Assembly: GCA_963789395.1 (NCBI GenBank)
Contig: CAWBKP010000024.1
Coordinates: forward strand, 192,001-256,000
Origin: an uncultured delta proteobacterium
GTDB taxonomy: Bacteria > Desulfobacterota > Desulfobacteria > Desulfobacterales > Desulfatirhabdiaceae
Length of the DNA: 64,000 bases
Direction: 5' to 3'
The stretch's first letter is position 1, and every line of letters begins with the position of its first letter. The notes under the pieces were generated by a model. The model saw only the letters and a list, made by a program, of their open reading frames with translations, searched no databases and was not told where the DNA came from. The position numbers were made by a program, and so were the translations under genes. Positions 10,643 through 20,845 of the stretch are shown in pieces.

Positions 10643-12406
10643 ATGGCGAAAACATCCGTTGGCAAACGGAAACTCGATAAAAAAAACGTGGCAAAAACCC
10701 TGACGGATCTTATCTCCAAAGGAAAGGAAAAAGGATCTCTCACCTATGACGACATCAACCGGGCCCTGCCTGAGGATATGATTTCCTCGGAACAATTAGA
10801 TGAAACGCTGATGATTTTTGATGATCTGGATATTGACGTATTGGATGAAAAGGCTTCCGGTTCCAGTGAAAATGAAGCCAAGGAAGCGGTGAAACGGGCC
10901 AGAAAAGAAACAGCCATGACGGATTTCGGGGCAGTAACCGACCCGGTCAAAATGTATCTGCGCGAAATGGGACTGGTGACCCTCCTCAGCCGCGAAGGGG
11001 AAGTGGAAATCGCCAAAAAAATCGAGGCCGGTGAACAGGAAGTTTTAAAAGCGCTGATTGACACGACTACCGGTATCGAATGTCTGCTGAATCTTGGCGT
11101 TGATATTGAAAACGGCGCCTTACGCCCCAAATATGTTCTCAAAGATATTGACGAAGGCGATGCCTATGTGGATGAAGTGGTTCAGACGGAAAAATTTTTA
11201 AATACCATTCGCCAGATCAAGGCCATTCATGAAGAGAACAGGATTTCCCGCGAAAAATTGTTTGCTTCGGAACTGGAAGCCGATGAGATTCGCAGAATCC
11301 GGCGGGCCATTTCAAGAAAAAATACAAAGATTTTTGACTTGTTGAAAGACTGGCGCCTTGAAGGAAATATCGTTGATAAGATCGAGCAGATCATTCGCTC
11401 CCAGATAGACTGGTTCGATGCCATGAACAAGATGCTGGCATTGTCATCGGAAGCCATGGGGGTGTCTGTGACGGAGCTGGTCAGTCACTTGAACACGGCT
11501 CAGGATTTTTCAGCATGGATTCAGCCGCTTTGCCGTCTGAATCCAAATGAGATCGATGCATTGTTTGCCGATTTATCCGGATTCAGTCTCCAGATTGTTG
11601 AAAAAGAGCTTGCCGTCAAATCAAAATCTCAGGCATTGAAACGAATTCTCTCGGATGTCGATGAAGGCCGCTATAAAGCCAAGCTGGCCAAAAGCGAGCT
11701 GACAAAGGCCAATCTGAGGCTTGTGGTGAGTATCGCCAAAAAATATACCAACCGCGGGCTTCAGTTTCTGGATCTGATCCAGGAGGGAAACATCGGATTG
11801 ATGAAGGCAGTGGATAAATTCGAGTACCGCAGAGGCTATAAATTCAGCACGTATGCCACCTGGTGGATCCGTCAGGCAATTACCCGGGCCATTGCCGACC
11901 AGGCCAGAACCATCCGGATACCGGTCCACATGATTGAAACCATCAATAAACTCATTCGTACCTCACGGTACCTGGTTCAAGAGCTTGGCCGCGAGCCTAG
12001 GCCCGAAGAAATTGCCGAAAAGATGGAAATACCCCTGGACAAGGTTCGAAAAGTATTAAAAATCGCCCGAGAACCGATTTCGCTGGAAACTCCCATCGGG
12101 GAAGAAGAGGACAGCCATCTTGGGGATTTCATAGAAGACAAGAAGTTCATGCTTCCTTCAGATGCGGCAGTCAGTCTGAATCTGGCGGAACAGACTCGAA
12201 AAGTACTGGCCACGTTAACTCCCCGGGAAGAAAAAGTGTTGCGGATGCGTTTTGGAATCGGTGAAAAGGCAGATCATACACTTGAAGAGGTTGGTCAGGA
12301 CTTTGCCGTCACACGGGAGCGTATACGCCAGATTGAGGCAAAAGCCCTCAGAAAGCTTCGGCATCCCACAAGGAGTAAGAAGTTAAAAAGTTTTATTGAT
12401 ATGTAA
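10643..12406 (+). CDS. rpoD: Primary sigma factor RpoD
   Basis: Region 1.1, [55 protein letters not shown]. Confidence 0.98.
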   Translation: MAKTSVGKRKLDKKNVAKTLTDLISKGKEKGSLTYDDINRALPEDMISSEQLDETLMIFDDLDIDVLDEKASGSSENEAKEAVKRARKETAMTDFGAVTDPVKMYLREMGLVTLLSREGEVEIAKKIEAGEQEVLKALIDTTTGIECLLNLGVDIENGALRPKYVLKDIDEGDAYVDEVVQTEKFLNTIRQIKAIHEENRISREKLFASELEADEIRRIRRAISRKNTKIFDLLKDWRLEGNIVDKIEQIIRSQIDWFDAMNKMLALSSEAMGVSVTELVSHLNTAQDFSAWIQPLCRLNPNEIDALFADLSGFSLQIVEKELAVKSKSQALKRILSDVDEGRYKAKLAKSELTKANLRLVVSIAKKYTNRGLQFLDLIQEGNIGLMKAVDKFEYRRGYKFSTYATWWIRQAITRAIADQARTIRIPVHMIETINKLIRTSRYLVQELGREPRPEEIAEKMEIPLDKVRKVLKIAREPISLETPIGEEEDSHLGDFIEDKKFMLPSDAAVSLNLAEQTRKVLATLTPREEKVLRMRFGIGEKADHTLEEVGQDFAVTRERIRQIEAKALRKLRHPTRSKKLKSFIDM

Positions 12407-12449
12407 AGCTTGACAAAAATTGATCCTAAAGCTAAAAAAGAAGACTATT

Positions 12450-12522
12450 GGGCCCATAGCTCAGCTGGAAGAGCCACCGGCTCATAACCGGTCGGTCCCT
12501 GGTTCGAACCCAGGTGGGCCCA
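12450..12522 (+). tRNA. tRNA with CAT anticodon, most likely tRNA-Ile2 (lysidine); CCA not encoded
   Basis: Acceptor GGGCCCA/TGGGCCC, anticodon arm ACCGG-CTCATAA-CCGGT, GGTTCGAACC T-arm. G1-C72 pair argues against an initiator. A position just after rpoD is typical of Ile2. TTGACA at 12410. Confidence 0.9.
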
Positions 12523-12534
12523 TCAATTCGATAG

Positions 12535-12566
12535 AAAAGGCGTGGAATGATTCCACGCCTTTTTTT
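12535..12566 (+). terminator. Rho-independent terminator after the tRNA
   Basis: AAAAGGCGTGGAA-TGA-TTCCACGCCTTTTTTT. Confidence 0.85.
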
Positions 12567-12586
12567 CATTTGCAGGAGTTGGCAAC

Positions 12587-13702
12587 ATGCCGAGTGTTCG
12601 GGATATTATCAATGTAATGGAAGAATTGGCGCCCTCCGGCCTGGCTGAATCCTGGGACGCTGTCGGGCTGCAGGCGGGAAACAGGGACTGGCCTGTTCGC
12701 TCGATCTGGGTGGCGCTGGATCCGTTGCCGGAAGTGGTTTCGGCAGCCTGCGATCACCATGTGGACATGCTGATCACCCATCATCCGCTTGTGTTTCAGC
12801 CCTTGAAAAATCTGGATTTCAGTTCACCCATCGGTTCAATTCTCTATCAATCCGCTGTCAATCAACTGGCCGTTTACTGTGCCCATACCAATCTGGATAA
12901 AGTATCCGGAGGCTTGAACGATATCCTGGCAAAGCGGATCGGGCTTGAACAGGTTGAAATTCTCATGCATAGTGAAGATGCCGAAACCTGCAAACTCGTA
13001 CTGTATGTTCCTGCCGATCATGAACAGCAGGTGCTGAGCGCGCTGTTTCAGACACCTGCCGGAATCATCGGCGAGTATTCTTGCTGCGCATTCAGAAATG
13101 CCGGAAAAGGCAGTTTTCTTCCGGGAGCTCAGGCCATACCGTTTATCGGGAAACTTGGTGAGATTTCCCATGTAGATGAAATCCGCATTGAAACGCTTGT
13201 CCGAAAAAAAGATGTAACTGCGATTGTCTCGCATGTCAGAAACCATCATCCCTACCAGAGCATGGCTTTTGACGTTTACCCCCTGTTGCCTGTTGAGAGC
13301 AGGCATGGTTTTGGCCGGACAGGCACGATGGCCGTTCCCATGAATTTGTCGCAATTTGCTCAAACTGTTAAGGAAATATTTTGTTTGCCGAATGTAAAAT
13401 TATCCGGAAATCCGGATATGTTGGTTCAGCGGGTCGCGGTGTGTTCCGGAAGCGGCTCCAGCCTTTTGAATGCGTTTTTTGCTTCAAGCGCCGATGTTTA
13501 CATCAGCGGGGATCTCCGGTATCACGATGCCAGATCAGCTGAATCGGCCGGCAAGGCATTGCTTGACATCGGGCACTTTTCATCCGAGCACCTGATGATC
13601 GACCCGGTCTGCGACTTTCTTCGCCGGCAGATATCCAACGCTTCCTGGCAAGTTCGCGTAGAAGCCTGCCGGCTTGAAAAAGATCCATTTGTCATGATAT
13701 AA
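12587..13702 (+). CDS. Nif3-like dinuclear metal-centre protein with PII-like insert
   Basis: AESWDAVGL, ITHHP, AHTNLD, HPY, GDLRYH, DIGHFSSE. Confidence 0.92.
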   Translation: MPSVRDIINVMEELAPSGLAESWDAVGLQAGNRDWPVRSIWVALDPLPEVVSAACDHHVDMLITHHPLVFQPLKNLDFSSPIGSILYQSAVNQLAVYCAHTNLDKVSGGLNDILAKRIGLEQVEILMHSEDAETCKLVLYVPADHEQQVLSALFQTPAGIIGEYSCCAFRNAGKGSFLPGAQAIPFIGKLGEISHVDEIRIETLVRKKDVTAIVSHVRNHHPYQSMAFDVYPLLPVESRHGFGRTGTMAVPMNLSQFAQTVKEIFCLPNVKLSGNPDMLVQRVAVCSGSGSSLLNAFFASSADVYISGDLRYHDARSAESAGKALLDIGHFSSEHLMIDPVCDFLRRQISNASWQVRVEACRLEKDPFVMI

Positions 13703-13710
13703 GATAAAAC

Positions 13711-13796
13711 GGTTATGGGTGATGGGCTATGGACGATAGGTCATGGGCGAGAATTTTCAACACTCCCTATAGCCCATCCCCCATAACCTATCACCT
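13711..13796. repeat. Intergenic inverted repeat built of 7-nt units
   Basis: GGTTATGGGTGATGGGCTAT (13711-30) pairs with ATAGCCCATCCCCCATAACC (13769-88), one mismatch. Confidence 0.7.
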
Positions 13797-13832
13797 GTGC
13801 TATTTATTAACCCCAACATTGCGGGTAACGAT

Positions 13833-14543
13833 ATGAAAGATCAGATAGAAATACTTGTTTCACTTCAGCAGATTGAAATTGAATCGTCAAGCGTCAAAGC
13901 ACACCTGTGTTCGATGTCCAAAAAACTGGATCTTCTGAGCTTTAGCCTGAACGAACTGAACCAGCGCATTGCGGATGAAACTGCGAAAATAGATGAATTG
14001 AAAAAGCAGTATCGCTCCAACGAATCTGACATCAAACAGAATCAGGTCATGATTAAAAGAAGTCAGGATCGACTGAATTCCATCAAGAACAATCGCGAAT
14101 ATCAGGCACTCTTAAAAGAAATTGAAGAACTCAAGCGAACCAATTCCACAACCGAGGAATTGATGATTGATTGTTTGAATCAAATTGACGAATCCGAGAA
14201 AAAAACTGCGGCGATGCAAGAAGAGTTGCAACTCGTCCAAAATGATATCCGGCAGGAACAGCAGGTTGTCGATATTGAAACCGATACTGCCGGCAAACGG
14301 CTGCAAGCACTGGATCAGGAACGCCAGAAAATGTCCTGTAAAATTGAGGCGGAAGTATTGAAGTTGTTTCAGAAGGTTCAGTCCCAGCAAGTCCGGGGAA
14401 ATGCCGTTGTTCCGGTTCAGGACGCAGTCTGTCATGGATGTTATGTCAATATTCCGCCGCAGATGTATAATGAACTCCAGCGATGTGACAAACTCAGAAT
14501 GTGTCCGAACTGTCAGCGGATCATCTACTGGAAGCAGAGTTAA
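13833..14543 (+). CDS. Coiled-coil protein with C4 zinc ribbon (DUF164 type)
   Basis: Long coiled coil, REYQALLKEIE, CHGC...CPNCQRII; typical neighbour of Nif3. Confidence 0.9.
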   Translation: MKDQIEILVSLQQIEIESSSVKAHLCSMSKKLDLLSFSLNELNQRIADETAKIDELKKQYRSNESDIKQNQVMIKRSQDRLNSIKNNREYQALLKEIEELKRTNSTTEELMIDCLNQIDESEKKTAAMQEELQLVQNDIRQEQQVVDIETDTAGKRLQALDQERQKMSCKIEAEVLKLFQKVQSQQVRGNAVVPVQDAVCHGCYVNIPPQMYNELQRCDKLRMCPNCQRIIYWKQS

Positions 14544-14555
14544 CAGGTTGATTTT

Positions 14556-14964
14556 GGCCGAAGCAGAACAGGCGATCGCCGGATTCACCAGGATCCGGAG
14601 GAAAGTCCGAACACCACAGGGCAGGGTGCTCCATAACGTGGAGTCGTGGTAACGCGAAGGAAAGTGCAACAGAAAATATACCGCCCGGCTCATTCACTTT
14701 CTGCGTGCAGCGCTGACGGTGAAAAAGCCTGGTAAGGGTGAAATGGTGCGGTAAGAGCGCACCAGTTCTTCGGGTGACCGGAGAAGCTTGGTAAACCCCA
14801 CCTGGTGCAAGACCAAATAGAGGAGCGCTTGAAGGCGGCCCGCCTGAGCTCCCGGGTAGGTTGCAGGAGGCGCCTGGCAACAGGCGTCCACAGAGGAATG
14901 ATCGTCAGCCGGAATCGGGTAACCGATTCCGGATACAGGATTCGGCTTACGGGCTGCTTCGGCC
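14556..14964 (+). ncRNA. rnpB: RNase P RNA (type A)
   Basis: GAGGAAAGTCC, GAAAGTGCAACAGAA, GGTGCGGTAAGAGCGCACC, GGTAAACCCCAC, ACAGGATTCGGCTTA; terminal P1 helix GGCCGAAGCAG/CTGCTTCGGCC. Confidence 0.96.
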
Positions 14965-15000
14965 ATTTTTTATAAAGGGTTAGGGATAAGAGGATTTTTT

Positions 15001-15759
15001 ATGTTGGTAATTGAAGAACTCAGGGTTGAAGTCGGCGGTAAACCGATCCTGAAGAACGTGAACATGCATATCCCGGAAGGTGAAACCCATATTCTCTTCG
15101 GACCCAACGGGTCGGGTAAGACCAGTCTGATGATGACATTGATGGGATTTTCCGGTTATGTCGTGACCCACGGAAAAATTACCTTTAGAAACCATGATAT
15201 TACGTATTTGCCGATTTGCGATCGCGCCCGTATGGGAATCGGCATCTCCTTTCAGCGGCCACCGACTATCAATGGTCTGAAAACCCGTGCCATGGTTGAA
15301 ATCTGCGCCGGAAATCGATCCGTGGACGTTGATGGGCTTTCGGCACAGCTCAATTTCCAGGAATTTCTGGAAAGAGACGTGAATCATAATTTTTCCGGCG
15401 GCGAGATCAAGCGTTCCGAGCTGTTGCAGCTCATGGCACAGCAGCCCGACCTGGTGCTCCTGGATGAGCCGGAATCCGGCGTGGATCTGGAAAGCATCGT
15501 CATGCTGGGAGACACCATCAACAGCCTGCTCGGAAGGGGCATAAAACGTCCGAAACAAATTTCCCACAAGGAAATCGTCGGGGATCGCTCCAAATCCGCC
15601 CTGGTGATTACCCATACCGGCCATATTCTGGATTATATCAACGCCGACAAGGGGCAGGTGCTATACAACGGCGTTCTGTGCTGTTCGCGTAATGCAAGGG
15701 AAATCCTGAAATGGATTCGAGAATACGGGTACGAGGAGTGCGTTCGATGTCAGAATTAA
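15001..15759 (+). CDS. sufC: SufC/SmsC-type ABC ATPase of a minimal Fe-S assembly system
   Basis: GPNGSGKT, FQRPP, FSGGEIKRSE, LDEPESGVD, ITHTG; C-terminal CVRC. Confidence 0.9.
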   Translation: MLVIEELRVEVGGKPILKNVNMHIPEGETHILFGPNGSGKTSLMMTLMGFSGYVVTHGKITFRNHDITYLPICDRARMGIGISFQRPPTINGLKTRAMVEICAGNRSVDVDGLSAQLNFQEFLERDVNHNFSGGEIKRSELLQLMAQQPDLVLLDEPESGVDLESIVMLGDTINSLLGRGIKRPKQISHKEIVGDRSKSALVITHTGHILDYINADKGQVLYNGVLCCSRNAREILKWIREYGYEECVRCQN

Positions 15760-16919
15760 AAAATAACGGGGTGGACCTGAACGTCTATCGGGACGATGCC
15801 GCTCCTCACGACTATCTTTCCGAATTAAGCCAGATGGATGCCGGGGATGCGCAGCAGTTTTTAAATGTGGGGGTGGACCCTTCGGAAAATGGCCGAGGTG
15901 GATCTTTTATTCAGAAAGACCGATCCGTGATTCATTGCAGATCCTGTCAACCGGGCATCGAGATCATGGGTATTTCTCAGGCTCGGAACCAGCATGAATG
16001 GTTGAAAGAGTATATGTGGAAAAATGTTTCTCCGGAAAGCGATTTGTTTACCAGCCGGGTCAAGGAAAAGCCCCATGAAGGATATTTTATCCGGTCGCTT
16101 CCGGGCACTAAATCCGTCCAGCCGGTACAGGCCTGTCTGTATATTGCCAGTGAAAAATTTTCCCAGCATGTGCACAATATCGTCATTGCCGAAGAAAATT
16201 CCGAACTGCACATCATTACCGGTTGTGCCACGGCCCCGCATCTGGTTTCCGGACTTCATGTCGGCGTTTCGGAATTCTTTGTCAAAAAAGGGGCCAAGCT
16301 TACCTTTACCATGATTCACGACTGGGGAGAACAGGTCAAGGTCCGCCCCCGAACCGTAACCCGAGTGGCGGAAGGCGGAACGATTATTTCCAATTACATT
16401 TCCCTGCGACCCGTGGGCTCTCTTCAGATGTTTCCGACCACTTATCTGGAAGGCAGGGGAGCAGTGGCCCGGTTTAACAGCATTCTGGTCGCCAGCAGGG
16501 GAAGTTATCTGGATGTGGGGTCGCGCGTGATATTGAGCGCGCCGGAAACCCGTGCCGAGATCATCTCCCGGGGGATCACAACCGGCGGCACCATCATTGC
16601 CAGGGGCGATCTGATCGGAAAAGTCGCAGGTGTCAAGGCCCATCTGGAATGCAAGGGCCTGATTCTGAACAATGGCCTTATGCACGCCATCCCTGAACTT
16701 TCAGGCCATGTTCCGGGCGTTGAAATGTCCCATGAGGCTGCGGTGGGTAAAATTGACAAGCGGGAAATCGAATACTTGATGGCCAGGGGGCTTGATGAAG
16801 AAGCTGCCATTTCCACGATTGTTCGCGGGTTCCTGAATGTGGATATCGAAGGATTGCCGCCGGCCTTGAAACAGAAACTGGATCAGACAGTTGCTGAAAC
16901 CCAGAAAGATATGATGTAG
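15747..16919 (+). CDS. sufB: SufB/SufD-family (SmsB-like) Fe-S scaffold
   Basis: HIITGC, AHLECKGLIL, MSHEAAVGKI, EYLMARG, IVRGFL; overlaps sufC. Confidence 0.88.
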   Translation: MSELKNNGVDLNVYRDDAAPHDYLSELSQMDAGDAQQFLNVGVDPSENGRGGSFIQKDRSVIHCRSCQPGIEIMGISQARNQHEWLKEYMWKNVSPESDLFTSRVKEKPHEGYFIRSLPGTKSVQPVQACLYIASEKFSQHVHNIVIAEENSELHIITGCATAPHLVSGLHVGVSEFFVKKGAKLTFTMIHDWGEQVKVRPRTVTRVAEGGTIISNYISLRPVGSLQMFPTTYLEGRGAVARFNSILVASRGSYLDVGSRVILSAPETRAEIISRGITTGGTIIARGDLIGKVAGVKAHLECKGLILNNGLMHAIPELSGHVPGVEMSHEAAVGKIDKREIEYLMARGLDEEAAISTIVRGFLNVDIEGLPPALKQKLDQTVAETQKDMM

Positions 16920-17019
16920 CGGCGAGCGTTTACCCGGTTTCACGCTGAATGACATTCATGCGCCTATCCATGATGAACCTGTAACCAGTCAAGTCAACCC
17001 TCTTAAGGAGATTCCTAAC

Positions 17020-18324
17020 GTGTCGGCTCCCGCTTGTGACGTTCCATTTATTGAAAGAACCCGGTTTTTATCGCATGATCTGTTTAAATGCTGTCTGTAC
17101 ATTTCCGGTTTTACAACAGAGCAGAATCTGTTCACCAAAATGCTGTATTCCAAATTGACGGCAACCACCAAATTGCTTGAGGATTTTCTGGACTTTCATG
17201 GCGCCAAGAACAATAAAAACTGGTATTATTTCAGAGAGCTCACAGCTACACTCATTCATCTCAGCATCGGCAGTTATTCCCAGAAACATATTTCCAATAG
17301 ACTGGCTTTTTACGGGCTCAAAAACTCCGGTGAATTCGAAGCCCAGGGGCAGATTACACAGGCATTTCTCAATGCATCGCTGATGAAAATTGCACCGGCA
17401 ATCCTCGAAGAAGCTCGGAGACTGAACATCCCCATACCTGAAAGGGGGTATGAATCATCTGATTTTCCAACTTCGACCACCTGTGAAATGTTGGAGTCCG
17501 ATGTTGATGATACGGATAAAGACCAGCAGAAACAGCATATTGTAAAAATCGCCAGCGAGTTTCTCAGTATTGCCGGAAATTTTGACCAGCTTGGTTTTTA
17601 TGAACCCTATGATATTTCGGAAATTCGTGCGATAGTTCCTGAAAAAGTCAATGAAGTCGAAATTCGTCGTTTTGAAATGCTGGTTCACAATCTTCAGTCT
17701 TCGTTTGATACCTATGTCCTTCATGGGGGTTACCGGTTTGGGAAGCAAAAGCTGACAGACCTGCGCGGACATTTTTCAGTCGTTTTTCATCTGCTTCAGA
17801 TGACAGGGCGGCTCCTTCATCTTTATGAGCGTCATCTTCATGAAGCAGGATATAAAAACACCTATAAAATCGTTCGGGACCGACTTTCGTGCCTGGTGGA
17901 GCCTGAGTTGCTCCTGGATCGGACCATCAATTACGGACTTTATTATGCCTGTCATTTTCTGAACACCGGAAAAAAACTGGCGCGGGAAATTCTGAACGAA
18001 AACATTGAACGGTCCGCCATTAAAGTCGGTATACCGGTGGCCTTGGGCTTTCATAGCCGCCCAAGTCTTCTGGTTGCCAGAATTGTCCAGTATTACGGCG
18101 GGCAGGTCGAACTGTGCGTCGGACCGGACCGGTTTGATGCCAGCAGTGTTCTGGACATTCAATGGGCCGGCGGGAAAATCCACAAGGAAAATGTTGCGGA
18201 AGTGATTTTTGAAGGCGACACCCGGGCCCTTGCCGATATCGAAATTCTGGCCGGTGTGAATTACGGGGAAGATACGATGGGAAAAGGGGTTCCGCTGCCA
18301 AAAGAACTGAAGTATCTTAGATAA
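17020..18324 (+). CDS. Large protein with C-terminal HPr phosphocarrier domain
   Basis: LGFHSRPS (His15-like) and FDASSVLDI (Ser46-like) in the last ~100 aa; N-terminal ~330 aa not recognised. Confidence 0.78.
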   Translation: MSAPACDVPFIERTRFLSHDLFKCCLYISGFTTEQNLFTKMLYSKLTATTKLLEDFLDFHGAKNNKNWYYFRELTATLIHLSIGSYSQKHISNRLAFYGLKNSGEFEAQGQITQAFLNASLMKIAPAILEEARRLNIPIPERGYESSDFPTSTTCEMLESDVDDTDKDQQKQHIVKIASEFLSIAGNFDQLGFYEPYDISEIRAIVPEKVNEVEIRRFEMLVHNLQSSFDTYVLHGGYRFGKQKLTDLRGHFSVVFHLLQMTGRLLHLYERHLHEAGYKNTYKIVRDRLSCLVEPELLLDRTINYGLYYACHFLNTGKKLAREILNENIERSAIKVGIPVALGFHSRPSLLVARIVQYYGGQVELCVGPDRFDASSVLDIQWAGGKIHKENVAEVIFEGDTRALADIEILAGVNYGEDTMGKGVPLPKELKYLR

Positions 18325-18383
18325 AATAAAAAATACAAATTGAATCTAAGTCAGTGCGTTCAGATGCTGATTGGAAATGACAT

Positions 18384-19079
18384 ATGTCTGTTTCAGCTAT
18401 TGTCGTTGCCGGAGGAAAGGGGATTCGAATGGGTGGGTCCACCCGCAAGCAGTATATGCTGCTGGCTGGCAAACCCATTGTCTGCCATACCCTGGATGTC
18501 TTCGATGCCTGTCCCGGGATTGATGAAATTATTCTGGTGGTTCCGCCCGATGACCTGTCTGTCTGTTCGGAAAAATGGCTGTCTTCCCTGACGCAGCATA
18601 AAAAGATACATCTTGTTGCAGGCGGCGTTGAACGGCAGGATTCGGTTTATCGTGGAATTCAGGCGGTTTCCGGCCGACAAGCTGAAATCGTGGTGATTCA
18701 CGATGCGGTTCGCCCCTTTATCTGTTCCCGAATGATTGCGGCATGTATCGGTGAGGCCCGGATTTCAGGCGCCTGCATTGTTGGCATGCCTGTCATGGAC
18801 ACGGCAAAGTTGGTGCTTTCGGGGCAAATTGAACGCACGCTGGATCGCAACACTATCTGGATGGCCCAGACGCCGCAGGCTTTTGACTTGAATCTGATCC
18901 GGACGGCCCATGAAAAGGCCGCATCGGACCGTTTCATTGGAACCGACGATGCCATGCTCGTTGAGCGGTTGGGGCGAAAAATCCGGATCATTCCGGGTTC
19001 CCGGATGAATATTAAAATTACAACACCCGAAGATCTGGCCCTTGCAGAGGGGATAATTCACCTGAAATTACATCATTGA
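18384..19079 (+). CDS. ispD: 2-C-methyl-D-erythritol 4-phosphate cytidylyltransferase
   Basis: AGGKGIRMG...KQY, GGVERQDSV, IHDAVRPF, AQTPQAF, TDDA, NIKITTPEDL. Confidence 0.96.
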   Translation: MSVSAIVVAGGKGIRMGGSTRKQYMLLAGKPIVCHTLDVFDACPGIDEIILVVPPDDLSVCSEKWLSSLTQHKKIHLVAGGVERQDSVYRGIQAVSGRQAEIVVIHDAVRPFICSRMIAACIGEARISGACIVGMPVMDTAKLVLSGQIERTLDRNTIWMAQTPQAFDLNLIRTAHEKAASDRFIGTDDAMLVERLGRKIRIIPGSRMNIKITTPEDLALAEGIIHLKLHH

Positions 19080-19133
19080 ATTGTTGGCTAATACGTGGAT
19101 CCAGGATGTTTCTGAAAAATGGAGGTTTTTTAT

Positions 19134-20750
19134 ATGACTGATTCGCATCCTCAGCCCAGCACCCAACAGCAGGCTGATTTTATCAAACAGCTGAAAACGA
19201 CTTTTGAAAAAATGCCCCATGACATCGAACTCTTATTGTTCACTGAAAAAGGCAGAGACGATGCGTTTGCCGAAGGTTCCCGGCAGATCGTGCGGGCGTT
19301 TCGTGAGCTGACGCCGCGAATCCGGCTGCGTGAATATAGTCTGGATCATGAAATGGCGGCAAAATATCAGGTCGAGCACTCCCCCACGCTTTTGATCGCA
19401 CCGGACAGATACGGTATCCGCTGGCTGGGTGCGCCCCTGGGCGAGGAAGCCAGAACATTTCTGGAAACCATTTTAATGGTGGGCTCCGGAGTGAGCGGTT
19501 TAAGCGAACAATCCAGAAAAGTCATAGAAAAAATCGATTCTGTCCGTCAGATCAAGGTGTTTGTCAGCCCCAGTTGCCCATACTGTCCGCAGCAGGCGGT
19601 CAATGCTGTAAAGGCCGTGATTGCAAAACCGGATTTGATATCACTTGAAATCATCGATATTCAGAGCCGGCCGGAAATTGCGCATCAGTACTCGGCGCAC
19701 AGCGTTCCGCAGGCTTTTGCCAATGATGTGCTGATCGGTATGGGCGCGCAATCCGAGGAAGTCTTTGCCCTTTCCCTGAGTCGGCTGGAACCACAGACTA
19801 TTTTTATACCCGACAGTGATGCGCAACTGGTTGAAACCGATCTGCTGATTGTGGGAGGCGGGCCTGCCGGACTGACGGCAGGAATTTATGCGGTTCGCAG
19901 CGGCCTGAAAACAGCCATTGTCGAGCGAAATGTCCTGGGCGGGCAGGTGGCCACCACGCCCGTTGTTGAAAATTACCCGGGATTTACCCAGGTCGGCGGT
20001 AAAACCCTGGTGGATATTCTGGTGACCCATGCCCTGGAGTATGTTCAGATTTTTCCGGGAGAAGAAGTCATTGACGTGGTTCGCGGAGAAGTGTTTGAAG
20101 TCACCACCGGCAGACGCAGATTCCAGGCCAAGACCATTCTATTGGCAACGGGTGCCAATCACAAACATCTGAATGTTCCCGGAGAGTCTCGTCTGTCCGG
20201 AAGAGGGGTCAGCTATTGCAGCACCTGTGACGGTCCCCTGTTCAAGGGCAGAAAAGTCGTCATCGTCGGCGGAGGCAACAGCGCGGTCACAGAGGCGCTT
20301 TATCTGCATCACATGGGTGTAGGGGTCACCCTGATTCACAGAAGGGACAGTCTGCGCGCCCAGGAGTTTCTGGTCAGGCAGCTGACTTCAAGCGAAATTC
20401 CCATTCTGTGGAATACAGAAATCACGGAAATAACCGGCAAGGAAAGGGTCGAATCCATCGCGCTGAAAAACACCCAGAGCGGCGAAACCAGTGTGCTTGC
20501 CGTCGATGGCGTCTTTCTTTCCATCGGATATGCCCCTGCCGTTGAACTGGCAAAAAAAACAGGAGTCGCCCTGACGCCGGACGGCTACATTCAGAAGGAC
20601 GCCAAGCATCGCACCAGCATCCCTGGAATTTATTCCGCCGGCGATGTTGAAGGCGGTTACAAACAGATCGTCACGGCCGCGGGTCAGGGCGCCGAAGCTG
20701 CCATGGCCATTTTTGAGGATATCATCAATCCTTACTGGCAGAAGGCCTAA
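19134..20750 (+). CDS. Thioredoxin-fold (CPYC) domains fused to thioredoxin reductase (AhpF-like architecture)
   Basis: CPYCP, GGGPAG, GVSYCSTCDG, GGGNSA, HRRD, AGD; ATG after GGAGG. Confidence 0.9.
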   Translation: MTDSHPQPSTQQQADFIKQLKTTFEKMPHDIELLLFTEKGRDDAFAEGSRQIVRAFRELTPRIRLREYSLDHEMAAKYQVEHSPTLLIAPDRYGIRWLGAPLGEEARTFLETILMVGSGVSGLSEQSRKVIEKIDSVRQIKVFVSPSCPYCPQQAVNAVKAVIAKPDLISLEIIDIQSRPEIAHQYSAHSVPQAFANDVLIGMGAQSEEVFALSLSRLEPQTIFIPDSDAQLVETDLLIVGGGPAGLTAGIYAVRSGLKTAIVERNVLGGQVATTPVVENYPGFTQVGGKTLVDILVTHALEYVQIFPGEEVIDVVRGEVFEVTTGRRRFQAKTILLATGANHKHLNVPGESRLSGRGVSYCSTCDGPLFKGRKVVIVGGGNSAVTEALYLHHMGVGVTLIHRRDSLRAQEFLVRQLTSSEIPILWNTEITEITGKERVESIALKNTQSGETSVLAVDGVFLSIGYAPAVELAKKTGVALTPDGYIQKDAKHRTSIPGIYSAGDVEGGYKQIVTAAGQGAEAAMAIFEDIINPYWQKA

Positions 20751-20845
20751 ATGACGTTTCATTGCCTGCCGGTTGCAGTTTATCCATTAGCCGATTGCTG
20801 TTAATATCAACACAAACCGTTATCCATATCACAAGGAGTGATTGC

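Noticed and set aside
12450..12522. Initiator tRNA-fMet, or a tRNA-anchored integration site
   Set aside because: G1-C72 is paired and the anticodon stem lacks the GGG/CCC run; no integrase or duplicated tRNA 3' end was seen.
14112..14966. ORFs overlapping 14.5-15.0 kb, including MPGASCNLPG... and MAEAARKPNP...
   Set aside because: They are shadow translations of the RNase P RNA gene.
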